Assembly (NCBI RefSeq): GCF_000012905.2
Contig: NC_007489.1
Span: 60,001 to 92,000 of the forward strand
Reading direction: 5' to 3'
DNA: 32,000 nt
Source: Cereibacter sphaeroides 2.4.1
GTDB taxonomy: Bacteria > Pseudomonadota > Alphaproteobacteria > Rhodobacterales > Rhodobacteraceae
The notes beneath the pieces are model-generated. The model was not told the origin of the DNA. It ran no database searches and was given only the letters and a program-made list of their open reading frames with translations. Positions within the stretch are counted from its first letter, which is position 1. Each line of letters begins with the position of its first letter. The translations under genes and the position numbers were made by a program. This document shows positions 25,057 to 32,000 of the stretch, in pieces.

Positions 25057-26430
25057 TCAGAAGCTCCAGCCGACGCCGACACCGGCACCCGTCTTGCCGC
25101 CGGCATGGCTGAGCGCGCCACGTAACGTCACATTGTTGTTCACGATGGCAGTTCCCCCCAAGGCCAGCGCCTCTTGGCCATCGAACCCACCGACGGCCAC
25201 GCCGAAGGAGTGATTGCTGCCGTCGAGGGGAGCTGGAAGCTGTGCCATCGCCATGCTCATCGCGACGCCCGCACTCACCTCCCGAAGCCCGTCATTCAGC
25301 TGCCCGACGTTGACGGCGTCATTGTCTTCCACGCCGTCGGCGATCCCCGACAGGCGGGCGGGTGCGCTGCCGGATCCGGAAAGGCGGGCGCCGGTGTCGG
25401 TCAGGGCAAGGGTGGTGTTACCTCCCTGCAGTGTTGCCTCGTGTATGGCAGTGATCCGGGTGGTTCCATTGGCCGTGGCCGTGATGCCATTGCCGCCATG
25501 GGTAAGGACTGCGGCCGTGTCCGTCAGTTGCACCCGGGCTCCCCCTGCGGTCGTGGCCAGAATGCCGGACGAGCCCAAGGTGAAGCTGGAGCCGGCGTTG
25601 TTCATTGCAACCTGACCGGTCGTCTGCAGATCAGCCAGCCGGCTGCTTCCGGTAGTTTCCAGCTCTCCGAAGGAGAACTTCGAGGGAAGCGACAGGTTTC
25701 CGTCGATGGTCAGGTTGCCGGTGACGTGCAGGTCTTCCGTCCTCATGTCCTTGGCAACGAGATCGCCGAAGCCGGCGGCCCCGGTTACGGCCAGCGGGCC
25801 CAGCACGTCGACCTTTGCCATCGTACTGGCTCCCGACACGACGAGGGTGTCGAGTTGTGAGGTGCCGGCGACGGAAAGGGCTCCGGTCGAAGTGGTTCCC
25901 GCGACGCTGGCGCTTCCGAAGCGTCCGGCGCCTCCTACCTCCAGATCCGACCCGAAGCTCGCCGTGCCGCTCACGCCCATCGGTCCGTTGACGGCAAGGG
26001 CTTTCTGAACGGTGGCGGTCTGCATCCGCGCGTCGCCGAGGGTGCTTTGTCCGGCCACGTTCAGTGCGCCCGCGATTGCAGCGTTGCCCTGAACGGTTGC
26101 GCTCTGCAGAGTGCTGGCGCCGGAAACAGCTAGGGCGTTGAGCTGCGAGGTGCCGCTGACGGAGAGGGAGGTCGCGCTGGCGTCGCTCAGTACGCTGGGA
26201 CCGGTGACGTTGAGGGCGCCTTCGAGGGTTGCCGCGGAGATGCTTCCCGCGCTTATGTGCCCCGTGATGGTCACGTCTCCGACGATGGCCATTTCGGCTC
26301 CCGCCGCGCCAGTCGTCAGGGCAACCAAGGCAACGCCGCCCCAAAGGCCATACTTCGACCCTTTGGCCCCAGGGCGAAACCTCTGCATTGCCCCTGCCGC
26401 CACATGAGGCTGCCCAGTAGCGTCTTTCAT
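25057..26430 (-). CDS. trimeric autotransporter adhesin (YadA-like C-terminal anchor)
   Basis: The C-terminus reads NDAVNVGQLN...AGVAMSMAMAQLP......FGVAVGGFDGQEALALGGTA......LRGALSH.....AGVGVGWSF. This corresponds to a neck plus a 4-strand YadA-type anchor ending in F. The passenger is Gly/Ala/Ser/Thr/Val-rich and repetitive. A signal-like segment GLWGGVALVALTTGAAGA is present. GAGG lies 7 nt upstream of the ATG at 26430; the track start at 26556 is unlikely. Confidence 0.85.
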   Translation of the reverse strand: MKDATGQPHVAAGAMQRFRPGAKGSKYGLWGGVALVALTTGAAGAEMAIVGDVTITGHISAGSISAATLEGALNVTGPSVLSDASATSLSVSGTSQLNALAVSGASTLQSATVQGNAAIAGALNVAGQSTLGDARMQTATVQKALAVNGPMGVSGTASFGSDLEVGGAGRFGSASVAGTTSTGALSVAGTSQLDTLVVSGASTMAKVDVLGPLAVTGAAGFGDLVAKDMRTEDLHVTGNLTIDGNLSLPSKFSFGELETTGSSRLADLQTTGQVAMNNAGSSFTLGSSGILATTAGGARVQLTDTAAVLTHGGNGITATANGTTRITAIHEATLQGGNTTLALTDTGARLSGSGSAPARLSGIADGVEDNDAVNVGQLNDGLREVSAGVAMSMAMAQLPAPLDGSNHSFGVAVGGFDGQEALALGGTAIVNNNVTLRGALSHAGGKTGAGVGVGWSF

Positions 26431-26841
26431 TGCTCGACCTCTGAATGGTGGACGCAGAGAGGGACGCCACCTGTTTTTATAATGGCTCGCACGACATTGG
26501 TCGTGTTGACACTCATGCGAACAGGGCAATCCAATACTTATTGATGTGGAGGTCAAAAACTGTCCAAGAGTTATCGACCGTGCAACTTTTGATGATACGG
26601 TCCGCGTGAATCCCGCACCTTTTTAAAAATTCCGTGATCTTTGGAGGATTCTTCTCGGCCCCTGCTGGATGGGAATTATCCTTCGGATGATGGGTGGGGC
26701 AAATTTACCCGCTTAGATTGTCAGTCGCGAGCTTTACGACCGCGATGGATGTTCATGCGCGTGGAGGGGGATGCCGCGGCATTTTCGCCTTCCGGGGCGT
26801 GTAAGGGGGGGACATCACCCCACATGCCCAACCCATAAGAC

Positions 26842-27021
26842 TTGTGCTCGGCGGCCGGGCTTTCGCTGGTGACCCTGCGTCGCTTCGAGAGCCACGATTA
26901 TGCGGGTCTCGTGGCCACGAAGACCGTGGAGGGGGTCAGGACGATCCTCGAGCAACGGAGCGCGCGGTTTCTCGCCGCCGCTGAGCCTTCGCCCAGACCG
27001 GGCGTTGCCCCGATCTTCTGA
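26842..27021 (+). pseudogene. C-terminal remnant of an XRE-type HTH protein (59 codons from a TTG)
   Basis: ..AAGLSLVTLRRFESHDYAGLVATKTVEGVRTILEQRSARFL matches the aGvS..Ti.RFE.G......tl..ir..LE..Gv.F pattern. The first helices of the HTH are missing, and a TAA lies directly upstream in frame. Confidence 0.35.
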
Positions 27022-27037
27022 GCGGCGGCATGTCCTC

Positions 27038-27844
27038 TCAGCGGAAGGGCTGGTTGCGGACCGCCCACAGGGCAGGTGGCAGGATATCGGCGGTCAGCCG
27101 GGGCAGGATGCCGAAATCGGGGGAGGTGACGCTGGAGGCGCCCTTCAAACTTTCGATGGTCCGCTGGATGTCCTGAGCCTCATGCGCATGGAAGTCGAAC
27201 AGCGCGCAGATCACCTGGCTTGCGAGACCGTCCGTCATCCGTTCCGCGATCCCGAGGCGCGCGCGTTCCGCAATGTCTCTGAATGTATCGACCGCGTCAC
27301 CCGGTCGGGCCAGCCCTGGGCCTGTCAGTGCATGCAGGACAGAGCGTACGAAATCCTTCGTGGCTTCGGCACTGGCGAAGAGGCCGGCCCCCTTGAGCTT
27401 CGTGTGATAGCGAGAAGCGGTTTTTGCCAGCGACTCGTATCTGTTCAGCCGGGGATAGCGTCCGATATAGGCTTCGACCAGTTCATCACGGCGCTTGCCG
27501 GTAGCTGCCAGGCGGCAGCGCTGGTACTGCAGCACGAACCCCATCCCCCGCAGGAAATTGGTCGCGACTGGACGGCTCTGCTTCGGTTCTGGCAGGGACT
27601 TGACCGTTCCGGCTGTGGTCAGGGTGCGCGTGGTGGCCTTCAGGCCGGGGAGCTGAGACAGCGTCTCCAGCGCTGGCCCCGACGGCAGGCGCCCATCCGA
27701 AAGCCCGAGGAGCAGGTCGAATGAAGCCGGCTCGGCGATGTGGACGGTATTCATGAGAAGGAGAAGGGCCGTGTCGAGGGTGCCTGCGGCTCCGCCGGAC
27801 TGGGCGAGAGTGGCAGTCAGCGATGCCGTGAAATCCTTTTCCAT
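27038..27844 (-). CDS. hypothetical protein (268 aa from ATG 27844; the track TTG at 27916 gives 292 aa)
   Basis: Long ORF with GC3 bias. AGGGA lies 4 nt upstream of the ATG at 27844. The TTG-initiated extension encodes PLPPPPPPS. No family recognised. Confidence 0.6.
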   Translation of the reverse strand: MEKDFTASLTATLAQSGGAAGTLDTALLLLMNTVHIAEPASFDLLLGLSDGRLPSGPALETLSQLPGLKATTRTLTTAGTVKSLPEPKQSRPVATNFLRGMGFVLQYQRCRLAATGKRRDELVEAYIGRYPRLNRYESLAKTASRYHTKLKGAGLFASAEATKDFVRSVLHALTGPGLARPGDAVDTFRDIAERARLGIAERMTDGLASQVICALFDFHAHEAQDIQRTIESLKGASSVTSPDFGILPRLTADILPPALWAVRNQPFR

Positions 27845-28116
27845 CCGTTCCCTGCGGTTTGCCGGTTTGAAGTCCTGCACTTCGAACGACGGTGGCGGTG
27901 GTGGTGGAAGAGGCAAGAAAGATCAAGTGGCTGGATCAAAGCGCCAAAGCGTCAAACTGTCCATTAACCGAGCGGACCAGGAGATAGCGCAGGGCTGACG
28001 CGGGAAGCGGCTGGCCTTCATTCATACCTCCGATCAAAAGTCAATCCTCTGAGTGCCGCCTCCCGCGGGAGCGTGCGGGATGCTCCGTTCTGCGACGCTT
28101 GTGCCATCGCAAATGA

Positions 28117-30816
28117 ATGGAACTCACAATGTTCTCGGTGACGAAGGTCAAGGCAGTCAGGCCGGTGGAGCTGTCGAAGCGGTATGATCTGCGCGACGGC
28201 AACCTGACGAAGACGGTGGTGGCGGCGCTCTCTCGCGGTCAGGTAGAGACGCTGGAGCTCGAAGGGATCGAGGCCCTGGCAGAGGTGATCTCCCGGCTCA
28301 CGCCGGCGGAGGCGCTCATGCTCGGCGTGCCCCAGATCAAGTCCGCCACGACGATTGTAACCCGGCGGATGCTAAGCGCGCATCTCCGTGAAGGAGATAT
28401 TGCCCGGACGGCTGATAATTTCGTCTATCCCGAAGGGGCGGGTTTCCTGTTCATCGACCACGACGGTCTGCAGGACGGAACCTGCCTCTCCCGGGAGGAT
28501 CTGCTCGAGCGGCTTTACGCCTGCGCGCCAAGCCTGCGGCAGGTCAAGATCCTCGCGTTGCCCTCGTCCTCCTCGCACATCTGCCGGACGGACACTGGCG
28601 AGGATCTGACCGGCGCGCGGGGGTTGCATCTCTATATCCCCGTGAAGGACGCGCGGGACATCCCGCGCATCGGCAAGGTCCTGACCGATCTCCTCTGGCT
28701 GGGCGACCAGGGATATGTGCGGATCGCCTCGAATGGCGCCCGTCTGCTGCGCAGCCCGATCGACAGCACGGTCTGGCAGCCGAGCCGGCTGGTGTTTGCG
28801 GCTGGGGCGATCTGCGCCAACGGGCTTGAGCAGCGGCGGGGCGCGCCGGTGATCGTCAATCCGGAAGGCGCGGACCTCTGGGACAGCGTGGCGCTGCTGC
28901 CTACTCTCGATGCGGCCGCCCAGGCTCTGGTGCAGGCGACGCGCGACCGCGCCCTGGCGCTGTCCCAGAAGGCGGCGGATGAACAGCGAGCGGTCTGGCT
29001 CGAGGACTTTCGTCCGGGGCTGTTGCGCGATCTCGGGGCCGGGCCGGAGGCACGGGAGCCGCGGGAGGAACTCCTTGCCGCGGTGGAAAATGCCGTTCTC
29101 GGCCCGGGCCTCCTGCTCTTCGTCCGGCGTGCCGGCGAGGTGCAGTTCGCGCCGGTGACCGTGGAGGCCATCCTCGCCGACCGGATCGGCTATCACCGGG
29201 CAATCACGCTCGACCCGATCGAGCCCGACTACAACGGTCGGGCTCCCGTCGGCTGTCTGTTCCTCGACGGGAGAACTCCGGTCCTGCATTCGATGGCGCA
29301 TGGCGGAACGAGCTATCGGCTCGAGCGGCGGACAACGATCGTCGAGCTTCATCCTGGCCGGATGGCGGAGGCGACGGAGGCGGTGCTCACCCACATGCGC
29401 GGCGACAGCCGCTTCATGGATCACGGCGACCTCCTCGTCACGATCCATGACGGCAAGCGCCAGCCGATCGACGAATACCGGCTCGAACTCATGCTGGGAG
29501 ACATCCTGTTCCTGAAGGCCGACGCAAAGGGGAGGATGAAGCCCTCCGATCCGCCGTCGAGGCTTCTGCGCCAGATCCTGAGCCTCGGCGCGCAGCGCCG
29601 CCTGCGCCGCCTGACCTTCATTCTGCGCCGCCCGACCCTCAACGCCCGGGGGGAACTGCTCACGCGGCCCGGCCATCATGCGGGCGAGGGCCTCTATCTG
29701 GACTACGATCCCGAGGAGTGGCCCGAGATCCCCCTGACCCTTTCGCAGGAGGATGCACGAGCCGCCCTGAAAATGATCTGGAAGCCCTTCGCGGCCTTTC
29801 CTTTCGTGGATGCGGCTTCGCGCGGAGCCCTTCTGGCGGCGATTTTTACCGCGATCCTTCGTCCGTCCCTGCCGACGGCACCCCTGGTTGCCAGTGACGC
29901 TCCCAACCACGCCTGCGGCAAGACCTTGGCGCTGGAGGCGGTGGCCAGCCTCGCTGCGGGCGAGCCGGTGAGCGTGGCGGCGCCCTTCGACGGGGACCAG
30001 GCGGAGATGCGCAAGCTGCTGACCAGCACCGCCCTTGCCGGCGACTCCACGCTCCTCTTCGACAATTGCCGGACCTTGCTCGACTCCCCCCAGCTGAGCG
30101 CCTTCCTGACGGGCGAATACTGGTCGGACCGGCTCCTCGGATCCAACGTGATGCGCAATGGCCTGCCCACCCAGATCTTCCTGGGCGTCACGGGGGTCAA
30201 CCTGCAGTTCAGCGCCGAACTGCGGCGCCGGACGATCGCCTGGCGGATCGATCCGCAGGTCGAGCGCCCCCATGAGCGGGCCTTCGACTTCTGCCCGCGG
30301 GAGCAGGTCATGACGTTCTACAAGGAAATCGTGGCAGCCAGCCTTGCGCTCATCAGGACGGCGCAGGCTGCGGATCTGCCGAGGCCGGCTCATACCTTCG
30401 CCTCCTATCCGGTCTGGGACCGCCTGATCCGCACGGCGGTGCGACATGCCGCGCAGCTGACCGACGGCTTCTTCGCCGATCCGGTGCCCCAGGCTGTCCG
30501 CGCCGTGGCCGAGACGGAGGAGGTGATCGACCTGCACGCCCTGCTCGCCGGGCTGATGGAGGCCTTCGGCGGCGAGGCCTTCGGCTCGGTCGATGTCTGC
30601 ATGCTGATCGAGGATCCGGCCAACCGCAGGCTCGGAGCCCTGATGGCAGGCGCCACCCAGCGTCCGGACCGGCTTTCCCCGAAAAGTCTCGGCCGCTATC
30701 TGGCGCAGTATGTCGACCGGCCGAGCGGCCATCTGGTGCTGCGGGCGCGGCGCGGAAGCAAGGCGCTGAGCTTCTTCGTGGAGCGCGTCCCTCAGGAGGC
30801 CCCGGAATCCGCCTGA
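28117..30816 (+). CDS. putative replicative primase-helicase (AEP prim-pol-like N-domain + P-loop/SF3-helicase-like module + winged-helix-like tail)
   Basis: 899-aa ORF with strong GC3 bias. FLFIDHDG has DxD at nt 28456-28464, GLHLYIPV has His at nt 28627-28629, and IDSTVWQPSRLVFAAG follows. Walker A is APNHACGKT (GKT at nt 29917-29925) and a Walker B-like STLLFDN follows. VTGVN..ELRRRT and the C-terminal LSPKSLGRYLAQYVDRPSGHLVLRARRGSKALSFFVERV complete the pattern. The CDS is confident; the function is inferred. The start is ATG 28117 or ATG 28129. Confidence 0.6.
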   Translation: MELTMFSVTKVKAVRPVELSKRYDLRDGNLTKTVVAALSRGQVETLELEGIEALAEVISRLTPAEALMLGVPQIKSATTIVTRRMLSAHLREGDIARTADNFVYPEGAGFLFIDHDGLQDGTCLSREDLLERLYACAPSLRQVKILALPSSSSHICRTDTGEDLTGARGLHLYIPVKDARDIPRIGKVLTDLLWLGDQGYVRIASNGARLLRSPIDSTVWQPSRLVFAAGAICANGLEQRRGAPVIVNPEGADLWDSVALLPTLDAAAQALVQATRDRALALSQKAADEQRAVWLEDFRPGLLRDLGAGPEAREPREELLAAVENAVLGPGLLLFVRRAGEVQFAPVTVEAILADRIGYHRAITLDPIEPDYNGRAPVGCLFLDGRTPVLHSMAHGGTSYRLERRTTIVELHPGRMAEATEAVLTHMRGDSRFMDHGDLLVTIHDGKRQPIDEYRLELMLGDILFLKADAKGRMKPSDPPSRLLRQILSLGAQRRLRRLTFILRRPTLNARGELLTRPGHHAGEGLYLDYDPEEWPEIPLTLSQEDARAALKMIWKPFAAFPFVDAASRGALLAAIFTAILRPSLPTAPLVASDAPNHACGKTLALEAVASLAAGEPVSVAAPFDGDQAEMRKLLTSTALAGDSTLLFDNCRTLLDSPQLSAFLTGEYWSDRLLGSNVMRNGLPTQIFLGVTGVNLQFSAELRRRTIAWRIDPQVERPHERAFDFCPREQVMTFYKEIVAASLALIRTAQAADLPRPAHTFASYPVWDRLIRTAVRHAAQLTDGFFADPVPQAVRAVAETEEVIDLHALLAGLMEAFGGEAFGSVDVCMLIEDPANRRLGALMAGATQRPDRLSPKSLGRYLAQYVDRPSGHLVLRARRGSKALSFFVERVPQEAPESA

Positions 30817-30954
30817 GGGAGGGGCGGCGTCTGCTTGCCGCAGGGCGCCGCTCGCAGACGTTATCCGGCTCAGCTTGGATTGGACGAGCCGCCCCCAGCC
30901 GGCTTCCGGTGGTTTCAGCGTGTGACCTGCGCGCCGGGCGAGCAGGAGGCCGCG

Positions 30955-31323
30955 ATGGGGCTTCCGATCGGTTCGGAGAGTTCAAGGTCCCGACCGGGCA
31001 TGGCAATTACGGCGGGTCCGGATGGCGCGGCTAACGCCAGAACAACGCCTTGGGATGAGGCCCTGTCCGCGCCCCGGCGGCTGATCGAAGACATCCCGGG
31101 GCATGGTTCTGCTCAAGGAGAGCAGGACTACTTCCACGGCTCGTCGGCTTCTTCCCAGCGTCGGATCCTGCTTTCGCCGGAGCTACAGCTCTTTCGGGGG
31201 CAGGGGGGGAGCGAACGGATAAGGGACGGCCAAGTCTCGAAGTCCGATCGATGCGATCCTCGCGCCGGAAGATACGATTCCCGTACATCGGAGGCCGGAA
31301 GGCGGACGGCTGCAATCCAGTGA
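30955..31323 (+). CDS. hypothetical Gly/Ser/Arg-rich protein (122 aa), doubtful
   Basis: A perfect AGGAGG (30944-30949) lies 5 nt upstream of the ATG at 30955. GC3 bias is only moderate and the composition is low-complexity. No family recognised. Confidence 0.3.
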   Translation: MGLPIGSESSRSRPGMAITAGPDGAANARTTPWDEALSAPRRLIEDIPGHGSAQGEQDYFHGSSASSQRRILLSPELQLFRGQGGSERIRDGQVSKSDRCDPRAGRYDSRTSEAGRRTAAIQ

Positions 31324-31508
31324 GGTTGGCGGGTCATCCTAAGATCATCGGACGCCGCTTTTGCGCGCTTCTAGATTCCTCCTGCCGGTGCGAGCCTCCC
31401 AGGATCCGTCAGCCGCACGGGATGGTAAATTCTCATGGACCTGGGTTTCTTTCCGGAGCGATCGCCGGACATCCCGCGGGATCCGAGCAATCCGATCGCG
31501 GGGACCGG

Positions 31509-31994
31509 ATGCTGACCATGGATCCGGACGTTGCCTGTATTCCCGCCGTGACGGTCGAGGCGCCCGAAGGTTCCGGTGTCACTTCCCTGCTCGACTTCGT
31601 GAGCCGGTCGATCCCCTCCTCCGGGGAGGGGCAGGATGTTCCGCCCTGGCTTGCAGAGCATGGCCAGCTGGCCGTCGCGCGTGCCCGCCGGATCCTGCTC
31701 CATGGTCGAGGCCTGGAATGGGAAAGCCCGTCCTTCGCCCGCTACGTTCTCTGCCGGATGCCGGTTCCGGGACGTCTTGCCCTGAAATGGTTTCACGACC
31801 GGCCGGTCGAAAGGGCAGAGTACCTTGCCCTTCACCCTTCCGGATGTACCGCTCTTTCTGTCCTTGCGGCGTCTGGGCTGCTGACAAGGGTAGATCGGGA
31901 ACTTGAGGAAGACATGCGCCAAGGTTTCCGGGATGAGGTTCTGGTCATTCTGGGCAAGATCGTCCGCAAATACCGGGACGAGGCACAAGGTTAG
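31509..31994 (+). CDS. hypothetical protein (161 aa; start uncertain)
   Basis: The open frame ends with TAG at 31992-31994. The ATG at 31509 is preceded by GGGGA. The upstream part of the 247-aa track ORF is Arg/Cys-rich and looks non-coding. No family recognised. Confidence 0.5.
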   Translation: MLTMDPDVACIPAVTVEAPEGSGVTSLLDFVSRSIPSSGEGQDVPPWLAEHGQLAVARARRILLHGRGLEWESPSFARYVLCRMPVPGRLALKWFHDRPVERAEYLALHPSGCTALSVLAASGLLTRVDRELEEDMRQGFRDEVLVILGKIVRKYRDEAQG

Positions 31995-32000
31995 TCCTTC

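Noticed and set aside
28372-30732. 786-aa minus-strand ORF opposite the 899-aa gene
   Set aside because: The plus frame carries the Walker A and other motifs and the stronger third-position G+C. The minus translation is Arg/Gly/Pro-rich and featureless.

Overview
This is high-G+C DNA of alphaproteobacterial type, resembling Rhodobacter/Cereibacter sphaeroides. It reads as a mosaic plasmid or plasmid-like accessory region. All family calls rest on motifs read from the translations, because no database search was possible. Contents from left to right: (1) A co-directional block of four small unknown ORFs ends in a 564-aa large serine recombinase. The first ORF is PemK/MazF-like and is cut by the window edge. 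(2) A lower-G+C, translationally coupled cassette on the minus strand encodes a GT2 glycosyltransferase, gmd and fcl (GDP-L-fucose synthesis). (3) A junkyard of IS5-type, IS66-type and resolvase fragments is followed by an intact Phd/YefM-VapC pair. After that come a relaxase-helicase fragment, an IS5 (IS427-like) fragment and a truncated IclR gene. (4) A plasmid maintenance core has a solitary rep gene divergent from parA-parB, with TGGCAG repeats in the rep-parA spacer. Two 16-bp parS-like palindromes follow parB. A 294-aa serine resolvase sits next to an AT-rich upstream region that carries palindromes. (5) bphO (heme oxygenase) and bphG (PAS-GAF-PHY-GGDEF-EAL bacteriophytochrome). (6) An rve-type transposase remnant and a complete napKEFDABC periplasmic nitrate reductase cluster. 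(7) A trimeric autotransporter adhesin and a small membrane protein. (8) The least explained part holds an XRE remnant and an orphan 268-aa ORF. That ORF is divergent from an 899-aa protein with AEP primase-polymerase-like motifs and a P-loop/SF3-helicase-like module, followed by two small unknown ORFs. I saw no rRNA, tRNA or CRISPR array.
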